A stretch of 64,000 bases of DNA from assembly GCF_009914755.1 (NCBI RefSeq), contig NC_060932.1; one strand, given 5' to 3'. Position 1 is the first letter of the stretch. Every line of letters starts with the position of its first letter. Of this stretch, positions 13,903-35,592 are shown piece after piece. The translations under genes and the position numbers were made by a program. Under the pieces are notes generated by a model. It made no database searches and was not told where the DNA came from. It saw only the letters and a program-made list of their open reading frames with translations. This DNA comes from the human T2T-CHM13v2.0 reference genome, Homo sapiens.

Positions 13903-15738
13903 GGCTACATTAATCAAAACATTGTAGTGCTGGCATGAAGAAAGACATACAGGCAGAATAGAGGGCCCAGAAATAAACCTTCACATATATGGTCAAATGA
14001 TCTTCCACATGAGTACCAAGACTAAGACTATTCAATGGGCAAAGGACGGTCTCTTCATCAAGACACTGAGAAAACTGGATATCCACATGAAAAGGAATAA
14101 AGTTGGACTCTTACACCATATACAAAAATTAACTCTAAATACCTAAGACCCAAAACTATAAAACTCCTAGAAGAAAACATAGGACAAAAGCTTCATGACA
14201 TTAGATTTGGCAGTGATTTAAACATGATACTAAAGGCACAGGCAACAAAATCAAAAATAGACAAGAGTGCAGCAAACTCAGAAACTGGCAAATTAAAGAG
14301 CACAATCAACAGAGTAAAATGGCAACCTACAGAATGGGAGAAAATATTTGCAAATCATGTATCTGTTAAGGAATTAATATCCAGAATATATTTTTTAAAA
14401 CTCCCACAATTCAACAACAAAAACACAATGGAATATTATTCAGCTTTAAAAAGGAAGAAAATCCTGTTGCAAGTACAACATGGATGAACCTTGAGAATAT
14501 TATGCTAAGTGAAATAAGCCAGTCTTGGAAAAAGATTCCAAGATTCCAAGCAAACGGGCTAAGGCTAGAAGAACAGAAGAGACATATCATATGCTACCTG
14601 CTGTAGGGCAGACAAGGTTTGGAGTAACTGCCCACTTAACCACAAAACAAAACAAATAGAAACACTCTTGGGAGGAATGTAACAGAATCCTGAGTCTTTA
14701 CACATATTAATATAATCCACAAGGTCTAAGACCCAACAGAAATGTATTAGATATATGAAGAAACAGGAAAATATGACCCATAAAAGAGACAGTCAATGCA
14801 GACCAGCTCTGAGATGACTCGGCTGTTAGAATAAGAAGAATTTTAAAGCAGCTATAAGAAATCATACTTAAGGGTGTAACAAAAGATACTTGTCACGAAT
14901 GGAAAAAAAAGAAAACAAAATTCAGCAAAGAAACAGAAACCAGAAGAAAAATTTACAAAGAAAGACTAGAACTGAAAAATACAATTAAAAAATTCACCAA
15001 CTGGGCTTAACAAGTTGGAAGTGAAGAAGAAAAGTGAGTGAACTTGACAATGGATTAATAGAACAGAAAAAAAATTGAAATAAATAAACAGAGCCTCAGG
15101 GACTTGTAGTACAATACCAGAAGATCTGACATGTATAATTCCATTACCAAGAAGAAGAGACAAAGGGGCAAGTTTTCTTCTACAGGCAGCAAAATGAATG
15201 AACCTGCTTAACAAGTTAACATTAATAATGAGCAACTGTGACAAATGGAAACAAGCAGCTTTCCCCAGTGAGTTTCAAATTTAAACTGGAAATGTCATCT
15301 GTATCAGTAGGACTTTCATAGATAGCCCCTTTAGGACTTCAAAACAGCCAGGTTATTAACCAATGCTTTCATGTTTTAATGCCTCTAGTTCCTCAGGTAA
15401 GGAACATCTACTAGTATTATAGAAGACACTCTTATTTACAAACAGAGCTTACAAGAGAAACTCTATTGCCTTTGAGGAAAATTTTCCAGAAATAGCCTGA
15501 ACAATCAAACAATCATATAGTAACAGCAACAAGAACCCGTCAAAGTTACACAGAGATGGCTGCTCCCTTTCCTGCTAGGTGGCACAAGACAAATTTCAAA
15601 CCTTCAAGTGGCTCACTGTAACCCATGTGTATATAACAGAAGCTTTAAAAACAATTGTAAAATGTTTGATATTTTTAAAACCAAGAAGTCATTATTCATT
15701 CAAATTATATTAAGACATAGAAAGAAACGAGAGATTAC

Positions 15739-15921
15739 CTTGACAGCTTTCTGGGAATTGGGCAGTGCTTCTTCTATGTCTTCTAAAAGAATTCCTCCTA
15801 ATCCTCGCTGGTCATGCTGATCTAAGAGCCTAAGTAGGGCCTTCTTATCTCTCACGTTGTACTTGGGCTTGAAAGCATACTTCCCATCTATTACTTCAAT
15901 TTTGGGATTGTTGACTAAAGC
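15739..15921 (-). CDS. GTF2E2: TFIIE beta, exon 5, aa 123-183
   Basis: TTACAG|GCT...AAG|GTAATC; 183 nt; [61 protein letters not shown]. Confidence 0.97.
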
Positions 15922-15952
15922 CTGTAACAGTGATACAATTGGAATATATTAA

Positions 15953-16416
<464 letters not shown>

Positions 16417-17737
16417 TAGATCAGCACGGTGCTCACTTTTTATAAAAGAAACTGTGTTTTATTTACATAAATTCTTTGAAGAGAAATAAACCATTTTATC
16501 ACAACTACTTTGAAAAAAGCTGAACCCATATTCTTCTAGTAGTCAAAATGTGTAGGAATCAATAAAACACCTACAAATATTAATAGACAAAGTGAACTGA
16601 GTAGTGCCCACTCCATCTGCAAAGTACAGCTTATCACATACTGGCATTATAAAGTAAGGAACATAACCCTTACTAGTCAATGGTCTTCCCCATCTGCTAT
16701 CAACTGGCAATGGCAGCTGTGGAAGGAACTGAAAAGGACCAGACTAGTGCATACAAGAACTTTACCTATAATGTCAGCTTGAGAATGAAACTGAGTAGGA
16801 ATGCAGGAATTACTGAATATAATTATGTTTCTAGTCAGTTCTGTTGTACAGTTAGTATCAGAAGGAAAGCTCTTCAAAAAGAGCAACCCTATATATTTTC
16901 TTCTGCAGCTGCCAGCCTGACCCTGAAAGGAGAAAGAGAAGAAACACAGAAAGAAGAAAAAAGGGAGAATAGAATAGTAAAATGATCAAAGTCATTGTTA
17001 ACTAAATGTTGGTAGTCTATGAATTCTCAAGGTTAGCTAAACCAGCAAATTTAAATGTGGATTACCATTGTTTGTATATCACTAATACAATGAACTACAA
17101 TTATACTGATTAATGATCATGTTACATTATAAAAGTCAAGACCTGTATTTTGCTTGGTAAAAAAATAAATGAATTGTATGTTAGGAATTTTACATTTGGT
17201 TTCTAGAATCTATCTCTGGTCCTAGAAAGTAGTCTTCTTAGTTTTCACTTCATATTTTAAAGCGGTAAACATTTGAATTTTTAAATGCTATTCATTTCCA
17301 AATTAGCATGGTCACTGACGGCGTTGGGGTTTCTTCAAATGATGTGTGTTCATACACAGCATTCGTGACTTTTTTTCCACATCAAGCCATAATAGCAGTA
17401 ATTGTGCAACAAAATATCTTCCTATCCCTGCAGTACCTTATGCTTTAAATTTCCTAAAACAAAAACAATTCAATTTACAAGCACACAAACTATAAATCTG
17501 GCAATACAAAATAAGCATTAATCTGTAAAAACATTAAGTCGAATTGGTACAATGACTTCTTTACAACTATTACACAAAGTCTTACCTTTAACATTTTGAA
17601 ACAGATAACATAAAATTATATGAAAACCAACAAATCAATCTTATAAATGTGTACATTCAAAAAACAAAGACCCTACACCATTTCTTTTAAGAAAAAGTAA
17701 AAAGCATTATCAGATTTCACCATATTAAAACATTCTA

Positions 17738-18000
17738 GGCAAGGCGCAGTGGCTCATGCCTATAACCCCAGCACTCTGGGAGGCCGAGGTGGGCGGATCA
17801 CTTGAGGTCAGGAGTTCAACACCAGCCTGGCCAACATGGTGAAACCCCGTCTCTACTAAAAACACAAAAATTAGCCTGGTATCGTGGCACATGCCTGTAG
17901 TCCCAACTACTCGGGAGGCTGAGTCAGCAGTGGGCTGAGATCATGCCACTGCACTCTAGCCTGTGCAACAGAGCAAGACTCTGTCTTAAAAAAAAAAGAA
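17738..18000 (+). mobile_element. Alu with a right-arm deletion
   Basis: Alu dimer lacking about 35 nt after GAGGCTGAG. Confidence 0.9.
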
Positions 18001-18047
18001 AATTCTAGTTACAGGAAATCTCTCTTGATAATCAACTAAATTCTTAC

Positions 18048-18155
18048 CTCAGTCATTAGCCATTGTTTCTGCTTGAGTCCAATATCTAAATGTTGTGTTT
18101 CATCCAAAATTTCATCTAAGGTTAGAGGATGCGTATCTCCTCGCTGATGCCGTGT
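18048..18155 (-). CDS. GTF2E2: TFIIE beta, exon 4, aa 87-122 (winged-helix core)
   Basis: GATAG|ACA...GAG|GTAAGA; 108 nt; [36 protein letters not shown]. Confidence 0.97.
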
Positions 18156-18435
18156 CTATCAAGTGAAGAAATTGTTATTAGAAGACAGTTTCAAAATGCT
18201 AGATGCATTAAATCATAGTTACATGTAAACAAACCTTCAGGAATGAAAAACATGTATTATTCCAGGTAGCATAATTATAGTGACGAAGAGCCATAGACCA
18301 TGAAATCAGAATGGGGTTGAAACTCATTGCTCTATAAAATCAAAAGACAAACTGACAAAAAAATATATGCAACTCGTATCACCAAGAGCTATATTCTTCC
18401 TAACATTTCAAGAGCTTCAAAAAACTAACAAAATA

Positions 18436-18804
<369 letters not shown>

Positions 18805-19099
18805 TCAACTTTCACCAAACAATCCTATTTCTAGAAACTTATCCTACAGAAATACCAGTACCACACAGAAAAGTGACTTATGGTCACTGTAGCATTGTTC
18901 ATAAAAGGAAAATATTAGAAATAACCCAAGCGTCCATATTAGAAGACAGATTAACTACAGCACATCCATTCCACTACACAGATGTTCACAAAGTAAATGT
19001 AAAAGTTCTCTATGTGCTAATTTGAAAAGATGTCCAAGACAAATTAATAAGTTAAAAAACATATGTATCATGCCTATCCAAAGAAAACACACACACACA

Positions 19100-20270
<1,171 letters not shown>

Positions 20271-20901
20271 GTAAATAAGAAAAAAGTATGTATGTTAAAA
20301 AACATATGCACTATGAACCCTTGTATATAGGGAAGGGTAGAAATAAGTATACATTTGAACTTTGTTTCTGCATAAAGAACCACTGGAAAAAAAATCACAA
20401 GAAACTAATAAAAGAGGTTACCTGTAGAAAGCACAAGAGGGGAGAAAATGAGTAGGATGACAGGTGAGAACAAGACTCCTTCATTGTACCTTATTATACA
20501 ACTTTACTTTTTGTACAAAGAGATATGTTATTTATCCAAAACAAAAATAACTCTTCAAAAGAAAAAAAAACCCAAGCTCCAAGTTCCCTCACATTGAGCA
20601 GGTTACTGAACCTCATTGGGCTTCAGTCAGGCCCTGGAAAACTAAATAGCCACTTCGCCAAACTAGAAGGTACAGACAGCAGATAGAGACATAAGCTTAA
20701 CACACCACACAAAAGAACCATTCATTGAGCGTTTGCTGTTAATTCATTCACTTATTCATTCAAATATTTAGTGGTAACTACTATGTGCTGAGAGTACTGC
20801 AATGAGACACACAATAAAATGCAAACTACTTCTGCCTTTAGAGCAGAAGAGCTCCCAATAGAGGGGAGAAGCTAAACATACAAGCTACAAAAGTTAGATA
20901 T

Positions 20902-21207
20902 GGCCGGGCATAGTGGCTCACACCTGAATCCCAGCAAATTGGAAGGTCAAAGTGGGCAGGTTGCTTGAACCCAGGAGATTGAGGCCAGCCTGGACAACAT
21001 GGCAAAACTCTGACTCTACCAAAAAATTGCATATATACAAAAATTAATCAGGTATGGTGGCACACGCCTATAGTCCCAGTTCCTTGGCAGGCTGTAACGA
21101 CTGCTTGAGCCCAGGAGGCAGATGCTGCAAGTGAGCTGTGGTCATGCCACTGCACTCCATCCAGCCTGGGTGACAGAACCAGATCTTGTCTCAAAAAAAA
21201 AAAAAAA
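20902..21207 (+). mobile_element. Alu (AluJ-like)
   Basis: Diverged dimer with A tail. Confidence 0.88.
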
Positions 21208-21457
21208 GCTAGGTAAACAACTATCTGTCAGGAAGGCATCTTCAATCAGAAGAAATGAAAGAGAAAACTGGACAGACCTTGAATGACGACATGATTAACT
21301 AGAATACGGGGAAACGCCGGGCAGCTATAGTACAGCAGTGGTCTCCTACGTGGGGTGTACACACCCCAGGGACACAAAAGTGGGTACCTCGTGATGATTC
21401 TTTAGAACATTTATTAAAATTGTCTTTAATTTCCATTTAAAAGTTATGCTTTACTTA

Positions 21458-21751
21458 GGCTGGGCACAGTGGCTCATGCCTGTAATCCCAGCACTTTGGG
21501 AGGCCGAGGCAGGTGGATCTTGAGGCCAGGAGTTCAAGACCAGCCTGACCAACATAGTGAAATCTGTCTCTATTAAAAATACAAAAAATTAGCCGAACAT
21601 GGTGGCACATGCCCGTAATCCCAGCTACTCAGGAGGCTGAGGAAGGAGAATCGCTTCAACTGAGGAGGCAGAGGTTGCGGTGAGCCGAGGTTGCACTATT
21701 GCACTCCAGCCTGGGCAACAGAGCAACACTCTGTCTCGGGGGGCGGGGGGG
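21458..21751 (+). mobile_element. Alu with a G-run in place of the poly(A) tail
   Basis: Full dimer; TSD AGTTA(T/C)GCTTTACT. Confidence 0.9.
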
Positions 21752-22409
21752 AGTTACGCTTTACTAATAGTGAATATGTGGACTGACAAATACTATTAGT
21801 AAAGTGGCTCCTTCATCACTAGTAGTAAAGTGGCTCCTTCGCTTCATGTCAGGACATCCACATTTCCAATCGTGACATGCATGTAGGAATCCTGAGGCGG
21901 GCCTGGGAATCTCACATGACAAAGGGCCCAGCATGCATGGCCTCGCTCATTCCTTCACTTTCAGGATTCTGCAACACAGTGAGACTGGCCTGTTATAAGA
22001 TGGATTGTGGAGAATTTTTTTTTAAAGACCTTTCAAAGGTAGACATTGTACAATGGTTTCACAAAGCTGTAAGAAATGAATTACAAATTTCTCCTTACAA
22101 AAAGGCAAAATGTTTCAAATCTGCTCAATATTCTATGATTATAGCAGCTATTTACAGTTTGCTAACAATTATTTTTAAAATAATTAAAATAAGCCATCTA
22201 TTCCTTCAAAGTAAAGCTGGCATTTAATGATGTGTAAAAGTAGCTGCTTTTTGAAATAAATTCATGCCATGGAAAGAGCATTTTGAAAAGACTGGGAAAT
22301 ATTTCCATCATTATGTGATTTCTGAGTTTAAAAGGTATAAGAATAAAAACTGTCATATCTGCATATCTTAAAATTTTGATAAACTATTTTCTAACCTTCA
22401 CTATTATCT

Positions 22410-22692
<283 letters not shown>

Positions 22693-22843
22693 TACTTCAA
22701 TAGTTTTACAGTACTTTGAGTGCTGTTTTATAATCTTTATTTTTAAAAAGTCTTCCAGACAAAACCCTTCTATGAGTTTAAAATCAAAATTGTCAGTAAT
22801 TTAAAAATTATAATCCATTTTGATATATTTTGCATAAACTGAC

Positions 22844-23139
<296 letters not shown>

Positions 23140-23234
23140 AAACTGACATATTTTTTAAAATGGGAGTTTACTAGCCAAATTGTCGGGATTAAAATAAATC
23201 AGTGTCACAATTTTCTAACAATGATTTATAGCCG

Positions 23235-23683
23235 CTGAGTGAATAATGCATACCCTCCCTCCAAAAACATGCACATCCAAATCAACCTGTGGCTGTGTTA
23301 CCTTGCATGACAAAAGGGACTTCATTGGCATGATTAAACCAAGGATCCAGAGATAGGAGACATTATTGCAGATTTCCAGGTGTCCCTTAAAAGGGAAAGA
23401 GGGAGGCAGGAGAGTCCGAGTGAATAGCAAGAGATGTGACAACAGAAGAGGATGGAGGAAGGACTATGAGTCAGGGAATGCAGGTGGCCTGTAGAAACTG
23501 ACAGAGTAAAGAGATGCTCCCCTTTATGTCTCCAGAAGGAACCAAACCTGCCTATACTCTGACTTTAGCCCAGCAAGTCTGCCTTTTGAACCTCCGACTT
23601 CCAAAACTGGAAGATAACCAATTTCTGTTGTTTTAAGCCACTAAAGTTGTGGTAATTTACAGCAGCAATAGGAAACTTATACA
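23235..23683 (+). mobile_element. MLT1 (MaLR) LTR, MLT1D-like
   Basis: TGTTACCTTGCATGACAAAAGGGACTT...TTTTAAGCCACTAAAGTTGTGGTAATTT...GGAAACTTATACA. Confidence 0.75.
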
Positions 23684-23702
23684 CACACACAAACACAAAC
23701 AC

Positions 23703-23736
<34 letters not shown>

Positions 23737-23751
23737 GTATACATACACACA
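23682..23751. repeat. Imperfect (CA)n microsatellite
   Basis: ACACACAC tract with A interruptions. Confidence 0.9.
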
Positions 23752-24101
23752 TTCATTCCTTTGAGATCTATAAATCTTTGCTAAGGGTCTTTATTGCTAT
23801 GACATCAATTAAAACCAAGGTTCCAAACAAACTAAACCTAAAACGAGACCTTCATCACTTTGTAAGAAAAGGTTAAATGAAGATGTTTGACACAGCACTC
23901 ATTCAATCATACTGCTTTCAGTCAGAAAAAGAGCTTCTTATACTGTTAAAAAAATTATTTTAAAATAGTGTATTTTACCTTTTATCTCTATCTTTTTCAT
24001 TTCTTATTTTTGTGTAAGCTTATAACATATACAATGTATTGATAGAGTAATACACTAGCACATGTACAAACAGTAAGCTAAGAAAATTTTAATAAGAGTT
24101 A

Positions 24102-24410
<309 letters not shown>

Positions 24411-25424
24411 CTAAGAAAAAAACAGAGGAGAGCAGTGCAGTAGACTTTTGGATATATGGATCTGGAAGCACATAGCCTAAACTAGAAGGAATAATGGAGG
24501 TTACTTGTCTAAGGAGAGCCAATACAACCCTTTCAAAATATTTTTCCATATTCTCCATTATCATTATTAAATTTGATCTATTTTCCTTTGTTTCCTTTAC
24601 ATTAAAAGTTTTTTTCCCCATTACAATCAAGTACAAAATTACCAAAAGGCCAACCTAACCTGGAAAATAAGAATACACCTCAAGAAAAATTTAAAAATTA
24701 CTAGCCTTGTACTATTGTTTTTAAATCAAAAATAAATGGAATTATTGGAATCAGAAAAAAATCAATGACAGAAGTAATAATCAATGCATGAAAGCCTAAC
24801 CATTTTCACTGAGCTTTGTAAACACAGAAGCCAAAAATCCAACTATCAAGTTGCTAAGGGGAAGCTACTGGATCAAAATGAGTGATGAACAATAAAAGAT
24901 CAAGAGAAACTGAAAATCCCTTCCTCATAGATCAGGAATTAAAAAGAAAAATGAAAGAGTGCTTACAGAGAGTACATACATAATGCCCTACAACTAGAGA
25001 CTTGATTTAGTTTTCAGCAAAGAAAACATCTTTGTTAAATTTCTTCCTAATTATTGGATGACTTTTGGTGTGCTGCCTTTCGTACTTTGTTTCACTTTCT
25101 TATTTTTTTATTGCAAATTTGTAGAAATTGATTTTTGTAGATTCAGCTTTATTTGGTAACCTTACTGAATATACCTATTAATTCCAGTAGTTCCCAGATT
25201 CTTCTAGCTTTTCTACATACTTAATCACATCATCTGTGGTTTTACTTCTTCCTTTCCAATTTTTATGTTACTACTTCCTTCGTGCCTTACTGCACCAGGA
25301 AGAACTTCCAGTACAATACAGAACAAAAGGTGTGACAATTTGGTATCCTTGTCTTTTTCCTGACCTAAAGAAAACACATTTGCTATCTCATCGTTAAGTA
25401 TGATGTTAAATCTAGGGGGTTCTT

Positions 25425-28820
<3,396 letters not shown>

Positions 28821-29039
28821 ATCTAGGTTTTCACAGTTACCCTCTTACCACTGGGTTTCTCAACCAGCATTCCACAAAACTCTAAGGTTCCACAAGAAAT
28901 CGTGATTTTAAAAAATAAACATTTTCTAAATTTCTCACACCAGGTGATGCTGGTGCTCACAGTAACAGGCAACGACCGAACAGCCAAATCAATGGTTTCA
29001 TAAGGAATCTTTTAGCACCATGTGGCAGTGTGCAAGTAG

Positions 29040-29360
<321 letters not shown>

Positions 29361-29666
29361 TGCCACTATCCGTTTTTGATGCAATAGGGGCAGTTAGGCC
29401 ACTGATAATTGGTAAGCTCTATATGGCACAAACAAAAGCATAGTAGGCTGACAATGTCAGCAGCTCCCTTCCCAAATTACATCCTCCAACCTTCCTTCAC
29501 ACAGTGCCACTGACTTATAGGACCAAACAAACTCTACTGGTATAACAGAAAATCTAAGGAAAACATTCATTCTAAACAAGTAATTTTTACACACCAAGAG
29601 TCAACTGCTTCTTACCACTCTGAAATGTTGCAAAACATGGATTATGTAGCAATAAAAGTAAAATGT

Positions 29667-30002
<336 letters not shown>

Positions 30003-31008
30003 TCAGTTACTATTCCCTTTAGTTTTATAACATATTAGCATCTATGTCTTATAAACATGTCTGACAGTGCAGCGTGATGATTTCTGAAGATACAATTTAC
30101 AAGAGAAGAGAATTCCAAACCTAGGCCCAGGAACAATTCTAATAAGGCAAGTAATAAAGAACTATAATCTTCTGGGTCATTTTACTGCACCAGTGCAGCA
30201 AGAGAGAGAGAACAGCCTACCACTACAGTGAAAACTACTTATCAATGAACTTCACTAGGTTAGTAATCCAAAGAGTCCTATTCCATTGTGCAGCATCTGT
30301 GGCAAACAATTTATGACTCCAGCAAAAGTGAAAAATCACTGAAATAGAAATCACAGCTACTGGACAAGTCAAGGTACTTACTGGAATCTCAGAGTAAAGC
30401 TCTTCATCTTTTTGTTTTTAAATCACATTCAGTGAAAAAGCTCATAAAGCACGTTATTAGTAGCAGAATTTATTGTCTAAAAAGGGGGTATAGTGGATAG
30501 AATCACACCACTGATGGGAACCTAATCATGCCAGCATGTTAAATGACAGTAAGTAAAATGCACAGCATGAGAAACTGAAAAGGCTCCACTCTCAAACAGT
30601 GTAAGTTGACAAATTGATGACATGTCACATGATGCTAAGAGGTTTAATAAACTGACAAACAGCTTGTTTATCCAGGCTGACAAACCAACATATTTCACTA
30701 TATATGTCTTGTAAATTTTTTTAAACAATGCTGAATTTCAAGAAAAATTTTTGTGCTGCAAAAAAACTACCATAAACAAAGGGCATGACATTTTCAATGT
30801 GGTGTCTTCATATCTGGAAACAAGAAGTCCATCTTAGAGAAACTGTGTTGGCATCCACAGTGATGTTCCCCATTAGTGACTGGCTCACGGCAAGGTTTTA
30901 CCTCTCTTGCAAAAAAAAAAAAAAAAAAAAAAAACTCAGGACATCGCTTTTTTCAGAGAGGTACTAGCAGCAAAAATCCTCGGAAATGAAATTTAAGATG
31001 TCTTGAAT

Positions 31009-31136
31009 GGGCCAGATGCAGTGGCGCACACCTATAATCCCAGCACTTTGGGAGACCAACACAGGAGGATTGCTTGAGGCCAGGAGTTTAAGACCAGCCT
31101 GGCAACACAGCAAGACCTCATCACTATTTAAAAAAA
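31009..31136 (+). mobile_element. FLAM/Alu monomer
   Basis: Single arm; TSD GTCTTGAATG. Confidence 0.82.
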
Positions 31137-32112
31137 GTCTTGAATGATGTTTAAAAATGATTTGCTTTATTAAACATAGACCAGTATACTTGAGCACCTA
31201 AATCTCTTGCTACATACAGAAATCCAGTGGCTTAGCAGAGGAGGTATTCTCAACAGAACACTGAAGCTGAAAGCTGAATTACAAAGTACTTTCAAGAAAA
31301 TAGTAGGCCATCCTTTACTGAGTGCTTTGAAGATGAAGAGTGACTGCAGGAGCTAGCCTCTTGGCAGACTTTTTAAAATAATATGAACCAGTTGAACAAG
31401 TTTAGAAAAAAATGTTTTGACTTCAAGTGACAAGACATTGGATTTCAAAGGAAAACTGAATCTCTGGAAAAATCATGTGGCAAAAGAAATCTTGTAATGC
31501 TGTTTGGGCTTGAAAGTGAGGAAGGATACCAGCAACTCTGAAGCATTCTCGAAAACCACCTGGAAGAACTAAAACACAAAATTAAACAGTACTTTCTCCC
31601 TCTTTCAACACAAATGTGAACCTGGGTGAAGGTTCCTTTCTTATCCCAAGCTTCTGCCCAACTGAGAACAAGTAAGTTGCCTACTTTGATCAGGTGAGAA
31701 AAGAAATCAAGTAGAAAATTTTAAAAAAGAAAAAAACTGAGGTTTCCTCTGCCTATACTACTGACTTGCACAAGAGTGGAGATCCTTCCTGGGGAGTAGG
31801 GAGCAACCACACACACAAAGAGCAGGCTAATAAGCTGGGCGAAATAAATGCAAAGACAAAAATATTCTCCTGTCAAAAGAGCACTGACAATTATTATTAA
31901 CTTATCATGTCCACAACTTACTGATTAGGTTAATAAATGTGAACTCGGAGGTATAGCAATTCTTTGCATGGGTTCTCTGAGACCTGAAAATTATTTCAAG
32001 GGTTCCTCCAGAGTAAGAAGATTGAGAAAGGCTGCTCTATTGCATTGAGGAACTTTGCCTCTACTAATTTGCTGCAAGTTTTTATAATAAATTGGTATTA
32101 AATTTTACCAGA

Positions 32113-32413
<301 letters not shown>

Positions 32414-32816
32414 TTACCAGCAACTTTTTCTATATCCACTAAGAGATCATGATTTTTCTTTATTCTGTTAATATAACTTACACTAATTAATTTTCAAATA
32501 TTAACCACTCATACATTCCTAAACTTTACTCCATCACAATGTATTATCAGATCTATGGACATATATATTCATATCTTATATTTGAACAGATTAAATTGGT
32601 TCATATATTTTAAAAAATTTTTATACCTGTATTTAGTAGAGATATTGTCATATAATTTAAATACTTTTATTTAAAACTGGAAATAGATCCATATTCTTGA
32701 CCCAGTCCTACTATGGACCAGAACTGTGTCTATGAGCCAGTCATTTAATGTCTATGGACTCCAGAGTTTCTAAATTCAAAAATAATTGTCAGAAGTAATT
32801 CAGACAGAAGTTAGGC

Positions 32817-33300
<484 letters not shown>

Positions 33301-34496
33301 AAGCTAGAATAAGCCAAATTAACCCAGATTTTTCAACATAGTGTTTTACATAACCGAGACATAAGGAATAATGCTGAAATCAAGAGAAAAATCATTTTAT
33401 CAAAAATAAAGTACACACTTAATTTGTCATCTGAGAATTAAAGTGCTGTCTCATATGAAGAAAGAGGCATCCTAAGGGGATTTTCGAGATAACTTGGAGT
33501 GCTTTTAAAACTTACTCCTTTAAGCAATAAAATTTGTTTTACATTAACCATTTCTGTAAAAATCCTCCTAAAATAAACCATAAAGTTCCTCTTTCATCTT
33601 AACCAGGTCACTGAACATAATTTAATCTTTTTTGATGTCTCAGTTACTGTTCCAACGTAAATTACTGAGCTATGGTATGATAGTAACCATCTCAGGAGCT
33701 GGTGAGATGAGGTGGGCAGTTTGTCCCCTCCACTGCATGTTCTCAGTATTATGACTCTGAAGTTCCTGTATCTGCCTTTCATCTTTCTATTTAGTACTTT
33801 GTCCAAAGTTATGACTATCTGCTATAAATCTCACTGTACCTATCTAATGCCTCCCCTGGAACTTTTTCCACAGTTTCTAAATCATTCTTATTAAGCAATT
33901 AAACAGTTTCCCTATTAAATGAATCAACTATAAGGAGCATTTCTGTTGCCTTTCTTTTGCTTTCTTTCTAAAGGTACACAAAAGACAGTGGGAGACTTTC
34001 CAAGAATCTGTTTACAGATACCTTCCAAATGTACTTCTTCCCTTTCAAAATAAGCCCTTCTCTTTACCTTCCACCTCCCCCCGCCATGAAAAAGTAATCT
34101 CGCCTCCATTCAGAATTTGTGATGCAGAGCCTGAAGGAATAATAAACTCCAGGGACCCAAACAAACAGACACGCCAAAAAAATGGTTTCAGGGAAGCATT
34201 CGTGAATGGTAACTGAGGTGCCGTAAACTATCCATTACTGGGCTTCTTGTCTTTTCCAGTCACATATTTTTCAAAGAGTTTAAAATATTTTGGCCCCTGC
34301 TGGAACATTCTAATATATCATAATCTGTGAGCAATTGTTTAAAGTTTCCTCTAACAACCATTCCCCCTACACCCCCACCTCCATTCAGTATTGTCCAAGA
34401 ACGCATTGCTCTTAGGGGACAGTATGATAAAAGTAATGCACAGAGAACACTGGTTAAAAAAAAGATAAAAAGAAATATTTTTTTCAAGAATTCTTA

Positions 34497-34778
34497 TTTT
34501 TTTATTAGCGACAAGGTCTCAATGTGTCGCCCAGGCTGGAGTACAGTGGTGCAATCTTGGCTCATTGCAACTTCCACCTCCCAGGCTCATGTGATTCTCA
34601 GCCTCTAAAGTAGCTGCGGTTACAGGCATGTGCCAACACACCTGGTTAATTTCTTTTTGTATTTTTAGTAGAGACGGGGTTTCACCATGTTGGCCAGGCT
34701 GGTCTCAAACTCAAGTGATCCACCTGCCTCAGCCTCCCAAAGCGCTGAGAATACAGGTGTGAGCCACTGTGCTGGGCC
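34497..34778 (-). mobile_element. Alu
   Basis: Antisense dimer. Confidence 0.88.
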
Positions 34779-35275
34779 GAGAATTTAAATGTAAGTAATT
34801 CTCAAAACTCATTCCCTGAATATTTATTAGCTTGAAGAAAAAGCATATTTAGAGAGCTGGAACAATATCAATTAGGGAGGCTGATTCCTTTAAATATAAA
34901 AGAAATACTTTCTAGGACTGCCAAGTCATTCAAATTGTGCTATATAAAAGCTGTATAGAAATTACTTTAGATTGAGTGTGCATTACTCAATATGGTAGTT
35001 AAAATCTATTTTGTCAAATCGTATCATTAAAGTTTTATTCTAATTAGTCAATTCTCATTATAGTTTTTCAACAGTTTAATATTTCTACCTTCTACTGACA
35101 AAAAATAAGATATGCTAGCTGTCATACTGAGTAGTTTGAAGCAGTAGGTATCTCTTTCATTAATTACCCAAATAAAAATGTAAGGTTACTTCTGATTCAT
35201 TCCCTTTTATTTATACCTAATAGCTGAGATCAGAGATCAGAAGATGCAGGAACACACATTTAAAAAGGAGTAACA

Positions 35276-35592
<317 letters not shown>

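Larger units (their letters stand above)
12900..14525 (+). mobile_element. Old L1M ORF2/3' fragment (interrupted by an MST LTR and an Alu)
   Basis: Degenerate ORF2 peptides (KKNKIGDLTLTDFKIYYRAT; [14 protein letters not shown]). Confidence 0.8.
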
